Positions 10,230-18,862 of a stretch of DNA of 64,000 nucleotides are shown here, piece after piece. The stretch comes from a virus. Taxonomy: Duplodnaviria; Caudoviricetes. Made by a program: the position numbers and the translations under genes. The DNA lies in IMG/VR virus record IMGVR_UViG_3300028591_000161, positions 19,179-83,178 of that record. One strand, 5' to 3'. The notes under the pieces are model-generated. The model searched no databases and had not been told where the DNA came from. It saw nothing but the letters and a program-made list of their open reading frames with translations. Within the stretch, counting starts at the first letter, position 1; the number at the start of each line of letters is the position of its first letter.

Positions 10230-10298
10230 GTCTGATAACCTCGTTTCTTTAAAAATAAAAATGATAAGTGTGATGTAAAAGTAGATGTCTAGTTCCAC

Positions 10299-10313
10299 TT
10301 ACATTTGAGTTTT
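10299..10313 (-). promoter_or_regulatory. Putative late promoter AAAC-N7-TAA
   Basis: Minus strand AAAAC-TCAAATG-TAA about 70 nt upstream of ATG 10229. Confidence 0.55.
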
Positions 10314-10369
10314 CTATGAAACAAACACGTTAACCGTTACGGTTAAACTATATCTTTTAGGAGGGTTAT

Positions 10370-10618
10370 ATGAAGAAAGGCGTTAAATTTATTACGATCG
10401 AGATTACATCAGGTGGTACTACGGCGTATGTCATTGACAAAAAACAACAGGTTTCCCGTTTTACTCTCACAAGAACACAGCGGGATATATTCGAACATTA
10501 CAATGCGAAGGATTTTCTCGAGAGAGTTCGGATGGAATTTAACGCCGATGTTCTCGATGAAAACTTCATCATTACAAAATTCGGAGAACAGGTATATCCG
10601 AAAAAGAAAGATTCATAA
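10370..10618 (+). CDS. Hypothetical protein (82 aa)
   Basis: RBS AGGAGG, followed by a terminator. Confidence 0.75.
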   Translation: MKKGVKFITIEITSGGTTAYVIDKKQQVSRFTLTRTQRDIFEHYNAKDFLERVRMEFNADVLDENFIITKFGEQVYPKKKDS

Positions 10619-10620
10619 AC

Positions 10621-10644
10621 AGGTGGGCGCCGAAGCGCCCACCT
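10621..10644. terminator. Bidirectional intrinsic terminator
   Basis: AGGTGGGCGC-CGAA-GCGCCCACCT then TTT, between convergent genes. Confidence 0.8.
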
Positions 10645-10650
10645 TTTACA

Positions 10651-11067
10651 TCAATCATTCTCACCGTTTTCATCGGTGCCGGGTTCTTCCGGGTCGTCGA
10701 CGTCTTCATCGCATTCATCATCAGCTTCATCATCGTCTGAGAGAAGCAGCTCTTCAATGACAGATGGATCGATCGCAGTGACTTGCACATTTGGTTTTGT
10801 CAACTGATGTCCAACCTGATGACCACCTGTTGCAGCCAGACCGGATGCAATACCGGTGATGATTGCGGTGATAATGTTATCACCCATTTTCATAGACGGA
10901 ATGAAGTATCCGCCGACTCCAAGGATAAGTCCAAACGCGACTGAGAAAATGGGAATGAAACGATTGATATCCTTGCCGAGAGATTTCGCAATTCCTTTCG
11001 TTGCCTCATTGAGAATAAAAACAAATGCGACAATCGTCGGGATGCTGAGAGCATTCAGATCAGTCAT
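10651..11067 (-). CDS. Holin (Firmicutes-phage type, resembles Phage_holin_5_2) with long acidic C-terminal tail
   Basis: Three TM-like segments, NRFIPIFSVAFGLILG and GIASGLAATGGHQ motifs; RBS AAGGAG before ATG 11067. Confidence 0.75.
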   Translation of the reverse strand: MTDLNALSIPTIVAFVFILNEATKGIAKSLGKDINRFIPIFSVAFGLILGVGGYFIPSMKMGDNIITAIITGIASGLAATGGHQVGHQLTKPNVQVTAIDPSVIEELLLSDDDEADDECDEDVDDPEEPGTDENGEND

Positions 11068-11156
11068 GATTTTCACTCCTTAAATATATATTCTTGACAT
11101 GATACCACAGGAGTCGGATGTGGTATTATTACAACGTATTTGATTGGAGGAAATGT

Positions 11157-11333
11157 ATGCGAATACCCAGAAGGAAAGTGACAAATCCGGGTACTAAGAT
11201 ATGGAGAATGTCACGGAAACAGAAAACACATCGATCTGATCAACGGGAAAAGGTTGTGAATGAAGAACCAATTCAACCCGTTTTCAGAAATAAAGTAACC
11301 AGAAAGGATGAGAACCCCAATGACAAATTATGA
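11157..11333 (+). CDS. Small basic hypothetical protein (58 aa)
   Basis: RBS GGAGG before ATG 11157; overlaps start of the next gene. Confidence 0.55.
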   Translation: MRIPRRKVTNPGTKIWRMSRKQKTHRSDQREKVVNEEPIQPVFRNKVTRKDENPNDKL

Positions 11334-11838
11334 AGATATCACCGATGACAGAGATGTATCAGAAGCTGTCATGGATCATGACGAGGCAACAGCGCCGGAT
11401 ACCGAGATACCATTGTATCAGGAAGTGCCGGATAATGCTTTCGTTTTCCATTCCATGGATGGACATCATTATCTGATCGACAGAACATTGATCGACTGGG
11501 AACAGACTGCTGCAAATGAGGAAGTCATTCAGCAGAATATGTTTGTTGTTCGGCAGCAATTGTTGAATCTGTTTCTGAGTCGTGATGGTGTCACGGAATC
11601 AGATACTGAATTTGCTAATACTGTTGTCAAGGATATTGTAACAGGATTTGGCTGTACACCTAAATATACAGCAACTTTTCCGGAAGCGGATCATTATGAT
11701 ATTGCACAGATGTACTGCATCGATGCATTGGAAATTATGAATCTGCTTTTGAAGGAAATTGCGGTATTCAATGTGAACAAATCCATCGCGGATTGTTTAA
11801 ATTCATTTACACAGGAGGATACAACCCATGAAGACTGA
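11320..11838 (+). CDS. Hypothetical protein
   Basis: RBS AAAGGA-TGAG before ATG 11320; operon-like packing. Confidence 0.75.
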   Translation: MTNYEDITDDRDVSEAVMDHDEATAPDTEIPLYQEVPDNAFVFHSMDGHHYLIDRTLIDWEQTAANEEVIQQNMFVVRQQLLNLFLSRDGVTESDTEFANTVVKDIVTGFGCTPKYTATFPEADHYDIAQMYCIDALEIMNLLLKEIAVFNVNKSIADCLNSFTQEDTTHED

Positions 11839-12649
11839 ATTCCAAATGATCAACCCGCCGTTCCCGGAGGGAACCCAACAAATCACTGAGAGCGTGCATC
11901 TGCGTGAATTGATGGACGAAGAGTCGAAAACACTGAAGATCGAGCTCTATTTTCCGTCCAAAGCAAATCCGGCGAACATTTATATGTTCACACTGTATCC
12001 GGATGCAAACTTCGGTTCACTGACCGAAATCACAAACGATATGGTCCGTCAGCTGTATACCGGGGAACTTCAGCTTCCGGATGATGTCAAGCTGGATGCC
12101 ATGCGTGTTGTCCAGATCGGTGTCGGCGAAATGGCTGCTGATGGACGTGACTATGATGACGGTGATAAGATCTACTATCGTCTGCTGAATGGTTCTGTAC
12201 TGACGACACCTGCTGCAGCGGTTGACTGGGAGAACAACATCAAACGCATTCATGAAATGCAATATGTGATGGATCATACCCGTAACTTGATTGTGGCATT
12301 GCTCACAAAAGAAACGGTTGAGATCAAGAAAGCGAACGAAGACGGCAGCGAAGGTGAGACGATTCAGAAGAATATCATCGAACTCGCAACCGAAGAACTC
12401 CAGAAATTCCATGAGAGCAATCGGTTGAACATCGACTACAGTATGTTTACTGATAACGGTATCACAACCGAACGGGATGTGCTGATTGCACAGCTGATCG
12501 ATGTTCTCGAGATTCATCAGCAGATGATCACTGCAACGATCGCGGTTGCAACACGGAAGCAGGTCGCTGATATGTATGAACAGCGGGTTGCTGCAGAGAA
12601 AGAAGCTGAACCGGAAACTGTTCAGGCTGAAGTTGTGAGTGAGGAGTAA
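11828..12649 (+). CDS. Hypothetical protein (273 aa)
   Basis: RBS AGGAGG; long ORF with C-ending codon bias. Confidence 0.8.
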   Translation: MKTEFQMINPPFPEGTQQITESVHLRELMDEESKTLKIELYFPSKANPANIYMFTLYPDANFGSLTEITNDMVRQLYTGELQLPDDVKLDAMRVVQIGVGEMAADGRDYDDGDKIYYRLLNGSVLTTPAAAVDWENNIKRIHEMQYVMDHTRNLIVALLTKETVEIKKANEDGSEGETIQKNIIELATEELQKFHESNRLNIDYSMFTDNGITTERDVLIAQLIDVLEIHQQMITATIAVATRKQVADMYEQRVAAEKEAEPETVQAEVVSEE

Positions 12650-12654
12650 TCGTT

Positions 12655-12825
12655 ATGAAGAAGCTGCTGATTGGAGTTACAATTGCTACTGTAGCAGCAA
12701 TTCTTCTCAAACGGTTCTATGAAAAACACGATAATGATCAAATACGGACAGCCGATGAAGACTGTCCGTATTTGATTGAACGTGATAACGGAGGAAAATA
12801 CAATGCCATTTATTTTTCATCATAA
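12655..12825 (+). CDS. Small single-TM protein (56 aa, not in ORF track)
   Basis: RBS GAGGAG, MKKLLIGVTIATVAAILLKRFYEK..., TAA at 12823-12825. Confidence 0.6.
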   Translation: MKKLLIGVTIATVAAILLKRFYEKHDNDQIRTADEDCPYLIERDNGGKYNAIYFSS

Positions 12826-13825
12826 TGATGATGATGGTCGGTGTTCTGCCGCGATCATTTATAATGAACTCTGCGCGGAATCAAAGCCAACATTCATTGA
12901 GTATTCTCATGGAATGAAAATGCCTACAGTTCCCGCAGATGAGTTCCACGATAATGACACCGTCTACATTGTGGATCTCGCATTGGATCAGGTCATTTTC
13001 AGCACCATTCAGCGTATTCAGAATATCAATCCGACCGTCAAGATCGTACATATCGATCATCACAAGACGACATTCGATTTCATGGACGACATGAATGATG
13101 AACAACGGGAAACCATGAAGAATGTCCGGAAGTTCTATCGGAATGGTATTTCTGCATCCATGTTATGCTGGGTATATGCATGCATGTTGGAAGATGATCG
13201 TAATCGGATGGATGATGACACAATTCCTGTGGGGTCTCGCGATACATTTGACTTTACTGAGAATTTTTCACATGTCGGCTTTAATCTGGGTAAACGGAAT
13301 GAAAGAGTCATCAGAGTCCCGATGATCATTCGTTGGATTGATGATTGGGATGTATGGCGTCATGCACTCGACGGGACAAGGGAATTCAATGCTGGATTTG
13401 GTCTTGTAGAAGATAAACTTCCAGAGAATAAATTCTGGGCAGATTATTTCTATACGAACAATGAAATGATTCTGCATGATAGATTTATAAGACCAGGTGC
13501 AACCATTCTTGAATACAACACAAAGCAGTACAAGAGAATGATGAAGCATGCTTTTGAATATACACTTCCGTCTGGCGAGACGATCTTGTGCTTGAATGCA
13601 GACGGCAATTCCACAGTGTTTGGCGATCAGATCAATGATTATCCGGCATGTTGTCTGTTCAACTATGAAGGAGACAAGGGTCTCTGGATGTACTCCATGT
13701 ATTCAAAAGAAGACGGCGCTGATGTATCCGCCATTTGCAAGAGTTATGGTGGTGGTGGTCATGTTCATGCTGCCGGTTTCCAGAGTCCGGATAATATATT
13801 CGCGGATCACAATAAAATGAAATGA
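12803..13825 (+). CDS. DHH/DHHA1 family phosphoesterase (NrnB/oligoribonuclease-like)
   Basis: HHNDDDGRCSA, YIVDLAL, HIDHHKT, GGGGHVHAAGF; RBS GGAGG before ATG 12803. Confidence 0.9.
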   Translation: MPFIFHHNDDDGRCSAAIIYNELCAESKPTFIEYSHGMKMPTVPADEFHDNDTVYIVDLALDQVIFSTIQRIQNINPTVKIVHIDHHKTTFDFMDDMNDEQRETMKNVRKFYRNGISASMLCWVYACMLEDDRNRMDDDTIPVGSRDTFDFTENFSHVGFNLGKRNERVIRVPMIIRWIDDWDVWRHALDGTREFNAGFGLVEDKLPENKFWADYFYTNNEMILHDRFIRPGATILEYNTKQYKRMMKHAFEYTLPSGETILCLNADGNSTVFGDQINDYPACCLFNYEGDKGLWMYSMYSKEDGADVSAICKSYGGGGHVHAAGFQSPDNIFADHNKMK

Positions 13826-13826
13826 A

Positions 13827-13849
13827 ATGTGGGGGCTTTGCCCCCACAT
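13827..13849. terminator. Intrinsic terminator
   Basis: ATGTGGGGGC-TTT-GCCCCCACAT right after the DHH stop. Confidence 0.75.
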
Positions 13850-13882
13850 ACTCATGTACTGATTTTTTTTTGTAAAGTAGAT

Positions 13883-14035
13883 GTGTATGTCCCGCCTCAT
13901 AGCTCGAATCGAGGCGGGACTCACACACTGCTTTCTTTTGACATTACCGACCGAAAATCAGGATCCTGTACAGAAACTGACTTCGACAAAATCGATCGGC
14001 TGTGACGATTCAGAATAATGTCAAAATTCTGAATC
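13883..14035 (-). ncRNA. Candidate structured non-coding RNA with a pseudoknot
   Basis: Four stems plus loop-to-distal pairing in an ORF-free region; imperfect pairs are G-U wobbles only on the minus strand (see findings). Confidence 0.45.
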
Positions 14036-14339
14036 CATTTCAGAGGTTTCCATGACCATCAATGTCATTGCCAATTAGCCCTTCAATTGTGGATCATGAA
14101 TAAAGTATATGTATAAATTACACGAAACCATTGCATCATGCGTCATGTTCCGGATCCGTGTGCGTGATCACGGAGATGGCCATCATTTACCGAATTCATA
14201 TGTCCACATGAATCATATATAAAACAGGGCGTTTTCATTTTTTTAAACATAACCTGTTTGAGTTTCCCGTTATGTATATTTTCACATGAAACATATTACA
14301 CGATGCATGATACTTTGACATCATGTAATTGTCAACATA

Positions 14340-16259
14340 TCAAGCTTTTACAACCTTTTCAAGAGGTGTTGTTGTTGGTGTAATACCGTCGATATTCTGT
14401 GACAAACCAACATTAATTGCAGTTGAGATATCTTGGAATAATAATCCTTGGAGGATACCGGCACGTTGAACTGCAACGCGGAATGGCTCCTTGTCGTATG
14501 ACATTGGATCAACACCACCTTGACCATATCGCAATGCGAATGACTTTCCACCTGAACGACACACACGACGTGCCATAATTTCATATGTGATGGACGGACC
14601 GGTCAAGTCGATCTTGTTGATTTCCAAACAACGGAACATCATTTCTGTCATCATGTTGTATGGAATTTGTGCCGTTTTTGAATGCAAATATATTTGGTTG
14701 ATATAATATTCGACATTCTTGACGGATTGCCGAATCGCTACGGAGCAGATATTAGAATCCGGCTCATATTGTAGAATGTAGTAGTCTGGATCTTCTTGTA
14801 CATCGTCGTAGATATGGAAGTCCAATGTCGCAGGTACCGTCATGCGTGTTGACAATACTTCACGTCCAGAATTATCATAGAACTTGACAGGAACAACACC
14901 GAATGATGAGCATGTCGTTGCTTCCAATGAGAAACCTTTAAACTCTTCGAACATTCTCGGAATAAAAATTTTCATTGGGATTTTGTTCACGATAAAACCT
15001 TCCCGAATGTCAAAGTAATTGTTCGGCTGTTCGAACAACCACTTCTTGTCGATAACTGATGCAGACTGTGAAAGGTCGTGTTTGGATTTCAATTTTAGGT
15101 TCAGAAGTTTCTGTGTAATAGATGTAACCAACAAACCGATCTGTGTGACTTCCAAATTATGGAATACGCGTCCTGCACACTTTCCACAAATGGATTCGTG
15201 CTTACAACATTGCGGGGAATACAGATTGACAGTCTTACCAACGTACTGACCAATGTTATCAAGTGTAGTAAGAACTTTCTTACCACCCTCATTAATGTAT
15301 CGATACAATACGTACTGTTTATTGTTGTCTGTAATTGTCAGCGGAATTGTTTGCGTAGTTCCACAATCTGAATTTGGATTCGGATCAATGTTGACAGATT
15401 GCAATAATGCGAGAATGATTTTTGCCATGTAACCTGCATCGGCAGTACCAATTGCAGACGGATATGCACCTGCAACAACCGAATTTGCAAATGATGGGAT
15501 ATCTTTGACTTTAATACCATCCATCAATGATGATTCACATACATCAAACTTTCCGGTCAGACCATTGAAAACTGCGCCACGCATGACATTGATTGTCTTG
15601 TAATTATTGTCAAGATTACCATCTCCTGATGCATACATGTCATAACCATAATCGTTCTTAAGATTCTGACGGACAAGAGTCATGAGTTCCTTTTCCATAG
15701 CATTTGATGCAATCAGTTGTTTCGTTGGATCGGATGAATGTAAATCATCTTTGTATTTCTCCAACAATTGCAATTTCAATTGTTGTACATTATGCATCGG
15801 GCGAACAAGCGATGGTGAAATCGATGATGAAAGAAATGCCGCACATTGGAATCCGAGTTTGTCACGACGATCGACAAACTTTCCAAGAATTTTCGTGTCA
15901 ATGACACCGGTAATAACAAGGTTGTTCACGAAGATGTTTAACTTCTTCAAACCCTTTGAATCCAAAGGTGTATTCCAGTATCCAAGATGTTGTATGATAC
16001 CAGTATATTCCAATAGGTATCGATTCATGAACAGGAGTCCGAGTGTTGTCTCGATCTCCTCGGTCACATATTGATATTCAGATTTTGTCAACTTGATATG
16101 ATCATTTGCATTGAATGCCGAAGATTTCTGGGAGTTTGTCGTTCGATCAAAATATGATGCGAACATACCTTCCAACAATGCTTTGTTGAATTCATTAATA
16201 TCCGCCGCAAGAATACGTTGTTTTCCAACCTGTGCGGTAGATGATGTAGGCTGAGCCAT
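14340..16259 (-). CDS. rpoC: Multisubunit RNA polymerase beta' C-terminal subunit (probably virion RNAP)
   Basis: Bridge helix SAIGTADAGYMAK, Zn site DCGT...SPQCC...ICGKCAG, trigger loop IGLLVTSITQKLLNLKLKSKH; lacks NADFDGD, so it is a split subunit. Confidence 0.9.
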   Translation of the reverse strand: MAQPTSSTAQVGKQRILAADINEFNKALLEGMFASYFDRTTNSQKSSAFNANDHIKLTKSEYQYVTEEIETTLGLLFMNRYLLEYTGIIQHLGYWNTPLDSKGLKKLNIFVNNLVITGVIDTKILGKFVDRRDKLGFQCAAFLSSSISPSLVRPMHNVQQLKLQLLEKYKDDLHSSDPTKQLIASNAMEKELMTLVRQNLKNDYGYDMYASGDGNLDNNYKTINVMRGAVFNGLTGKFDVCESSLMDGIKVKDIPSFANSVVAGAYPSAIGTADAGYMAKIILALLQSVNIDPNPNSDCGTTQTIPLTITDNNKQYVLYRYINEGGKKVLTTLDNIGQYVGKTVNLYSPQCCKHESICGKCAGRVFHNLEVTQIGLLVTSITQKLLNLKLKSKHDLSQSASVIDKKWLFEQPNNYFDIREGFIVNKIPMKIFIPRMFEEFKGFSLEATTCSSFGVVPVKFYDNSGREVLSTRMTVPATLDFHIYDDVQEDPDYYILQYEPDSNICSVAIRQSVKNVEYYINQIYLHSKTAQIPYNMMTEMMFRCLEINKIDLTGPSITYEIMARRVCRSGGKSFALRYGQGGVDPMSYDKEPFRVAVQRAGILQGLLFQDISTAINVGLSQNIDGITPTTTPLEKVVKA

Positions 16260-16286
16260 ATTCTTTCCTCCTTTATAGAATCAAGA

Positions 16287-16300
16287 TTATCGTTCGGTTT
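16287..16300 (-). promoter_or_regulatory. Putative late promoter AAAC-N7-TAA
   Basis: Minus strand GAAAC-CGAACGA-TAA 28 nt upstream of the beta'-C start. Confidence 0.6.
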
Positions 16301-16301
16301 C

Positions 16302-16320
16302 GTGGGGCATGAAGCCCCAC
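16302..16320. terminator. Terminator-like hairpin
   Basis: GTGGGGC-ATGAA-GCCCCAC followed by TTTTT. Confidence 0.6.
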
Positions 16321-16403
16321 TTTTTCGAACGTTCATATGTATATAATTAAAATGACATCATGGTGCAATCATAATTAAAAATACATGAAAGGAGTGAAGA
16401 ACC

Positions 16404-16577
16404 ATGCGTCATGAAATAAGTCGGATTCTGACTGCCAGAGATGAGAGAGCATCCAAAGCACAGTCAGAATGCGCAACGATTGTTGCATGTGGCGATTCGA
16501 GAGAATCGTTCCATGCGATGATCGAAAAGATCGCGACGGTTATCCCGAAACATACATCGGGGTGCTTTGTTCGCTGA
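16404..16577 (+). CDS. Small hypothetical protein (57 aa, not in ORF track)
   Basis: RBS AAAGGAG, MRHEISRILTARDERAS..., TGA 16575-16577; AT-rich promoter-like sequence upstream. Confidence 0.55.
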   Translation: MRHEISRILTARDERASKAQSECATIVACGDSRESFHAMIEKIATVIPKHTSGCFVR

Positions 16578-16650
16578 TCTTTTTAATAGGGAGATGTGTC
16601 CGCATCTCCCCATTTCATTATTGTTTCAGAAAGTGAGGAATTAATTAATT

Positions 16651-17259
16651 ATGATTATCGAAGATCGTCTGCTTGAAACTATCATCAGACAAAACCTGAA
16701 CATGTTGTTCTCTGAAGACATGTTCAAAATCCGTATCGAGCATAATGAATACGGTGACAGAACAAAGATTACTGTGCATCAAAGCGAGTTGCATGAAGTC
16801 ATCCTCTCAAGTATATTTGAGATTCAGACAGATACGAAGCATCAGTGCTCTTCAATGCGAGTCGTCGCAACTCAATTCTATTGTGAAGATATCAATGACA
16901 CGTTTGAAGACTTCGTAAAGTGCTGCAAAGAAATCAAAGCGAAAATTGAAGAAATCTCATCTCACAGAACTATGTATCACGAAACTGAAGATGGGATCAT
17001 CGTTAATTTCCGCGAGATCGGCATCGAGTATGTAGATTCATATATATCAACACGTGATCTTTTTGTGAAAAGATCCAATGACATCTCGTATGTGAAATTC
17101 AATAATGGCGGTGTCATAACACAATCGCTTGACAGAGATGCTTTCGATGTCATGTTAATGAAATACATCAATGATGAAAATGTGTATCTCGATTTTAGCG
17201 CAGCAGATATGATCCAATTCGTCGATTATGACAAATATATTCGTGATGACGGCGAGTAA
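16651..17259 (+). CDS. Hypothetical protein (202 aa)
   Basis: RBS GAGG; followed by a terminator. Confidence 0.8.
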   Translation: MIIEDRLLETIIRQNLNMLFSEDMFKIRIEHNEYGDRTKITVHQSELHEVILSSIFEIQTDTKHQCSSMRVVATQFYCEDINDTFEDFVKCCKEIKAKIEEISSHRTMYHETEDGIIVNFREIGIEYVDSYISTRDLFVKRSNDISYVKFNNGGVITQSLDRDAFDVMLMKYINDENVYLDFSAADMIQFVDYDKYIRDDGE

Positions 17260-17262
17260 TGG

Positions 17263-17284
17263 TGTGGGGGCTTTCGCCCCCACA
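17263..17284. terminator. Bidirectional intrinsic terminator
   Basis: TGTGGGGGC-TTTC-GCCCCCACA between convergent genes. Confidence 0.8.
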
Positions 17285-17296
17285 TTCCATTTTTTT

Positions 17297-17749
17297 TTAT
17301 CTTGGTTTCTTCTTGAAAAGAATGTAACGTGGACGCTCCTCATTGAACCAGGCCCATCGGATACAATCATCAAGAACAACTGCAACCCCGGATAATATGA
17401 ACCATAAACAGGAATTTGCAAGACAGATTTGCCCTTTCAGATTCAAAAACCGACCGGTGTAGTCCCATACATTCCATCCAAGTCGAATATTGATGAAATA
17501 TCCGGAGATTAATTCCAATGCCGTGATCACAAATGCCCCATAGAACATTTGCAATGGAAAAGGAATATCCCATGTGTACCATTCATTCAACAAACCGATG
17601 ATGACGAAACAGAGTCCGCCAACAATGAACATCGTCCAGTGCGTGAATCCGCGCATCGCGATTTCGATCATTGCGTATATAATGCCTCCGATTAGAAATA
17701 ATACCGATTCACGTAACATCCATTTCATCACTGTTTGGGCTGTTTTCAT
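17297..17749 (-). CDS. Membrane protein of the 'putative ABC transporter permease' (CmpB/TMEM229B-like) family
   Basis: FLIGGIIYAMIEIAMRGFTHWTMFIVGG, ITALELISGYFINIRLGWNVWDY, NLKGQICLANSCLWF; four TM segments; RBS GGAGG before ATG 17749. Confidence 0.75.
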   Translation of the reverse strand: MKTAQTVMKWMLRESVLFLIGGIIYAMIEIAMRGFTHWTMFIVGGLCFVIIGLLNEWYTWDIPFPLQMFYGAFVITALELISGYFINIRLGWNVWDYTGRFLNLKGQICLANSCLWFILSGVAVVLDDCIRWAWFNEERPRYILFKKKPR

Positions 17750-18155
17750 TTTGATCACCCTCCAAAACAATATCAGTTGCGGTTTTGATTGTATCGAAGA
17801 TTACTGAGAATACATTGACGATTGCTGCATGCAGATTTGGATTCTGAATGTTATTAATAACTTCTTGGGTTGCGAGTCGTGATGTGATCGTCATTGTCGC
17901 AACACGTGAAGCACCCATGCCGGAGATGTCGTTTGCGTTGATGGCAATAACAACAGTTCCACCAGCAAGGCCTTCATTCAGAATCACAATGTAATCCGCG
18001 AGTTCGGTTTCGATTCTGTACGTCATTTCACCAGCCTGCTCTGACGTCAAATTCAAAGTGCTCTCGATTGTTGAGATAACACGGTCGAAAATGACGTACT
18101 GATTTTGCAGATCTGATACATTCTCTGACATACGTGTTTGGATTTCTTCTCTCAT
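17709..18155 (-). CDS. Hypothetical protein (148 aa), tail operon
   Basis: RBS AAGGAGG; co-oriented with the tail-fibre block. Confidence 0.75.
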   Translation of the reverse strand: MREEIQTRMSENVSDLQNQYVIFDRVISTIESTLNLTSEQAGEMTYRIETELADYIVILNEGLAGGTVVIAINANDISGMGASRVATMTITSRLATQEVINNIQNPNLHAAIVNVFSVIFDTIKTATDIVLEGDQNENSPNSDEMDVT

Positions 18156-18168
18156 GATATAGACCTCC

Positions 18169-18849
18169 TTAAGTCATAAAATCTGGAAGCGTGTCATTCA
18201 CAAACTCCCGTTGTGGATGCACAATCGTGTCATAATCGAATGGGTCATCGATTGTTGTCTCGAAATGAATCTGCGTTGTCTCGATGATCCTTTGCATTTG
18301 TTGATTCAAATCAGGATCGTCGATTGGTGAGCCATATTTGAAATTCTTGATTTTGTCAAAGTCTCGCAGTGATTCGATATATGCTTTCGCAAAGTTGTTG
18401 TATGTTGTATGGTATGTAACCCATGCAACGCCAATTTGAGAAATTTGAAGAATCTCCTGTGGGGTATATTGCCGACACAGCTTTCCGTCAGCATGATAGA
18501 ACAGTGGCATTTCCGGCATCATTGCAGCTTGTGTTGCAAGCTTGGACAGATTCATCTGGTCTGTTGCGTCCAGAGAATAATGGTCTTCACCAATCTGAAT
18601 ACCCGATTCAATCACAGTGTGGCATGTTGCTGAAATGAATGCGAGCTTGTGATGTTTTGCTTCGCGAATATGTTCCGCATCTGCATCAGTACGAAGTACA
18701 AATTGCCCATCAAAATATCTGTATGAGAAGATGTCTTCCATGATATCTGGTGGAACAGCTTGTACCTCACAACACCCTTCATCATTCGGATTACCACCGA
18801 CAGTGATTGCTTCAATGATGTTGTAATCATTATCGAGTCTAAGAATCAT
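18169..18849 (-). CDS. Tail-fibre-associated protein (DUF4376-like, possible fibre assembly chaperone)
   Basis: HKLAFISATCHTVIESG...HYSLDATDQMNL...YHADGKLCRQYT pattern; immediately downstream of a fibre gene; RBS AAGGAGG before ATG 18849. Confidence 0.65.
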   Translation of the reverse strand: MILRLDNDYNIIEAITVGGNPNDEGCCEVQAVPPDIMEDIFSYRYFDGQFVLRTDADAEHIREAKHHKLAFISATCHTVIESGIQIGEDHYSLDATDQMNLSKLATQAAMMPEMPLFYHADGKLCRQYTPQEILQISQIGVAWVTYHTTYNNFAKAYIESLRDFDKIKNFKYGSPIDDPDLNQQMQRIIETTQIHFETTIDDPFDYDTIVHPQREFVNDTLPDFMT

Positions 18850-18862
18850 TTGATTTCCCTCC

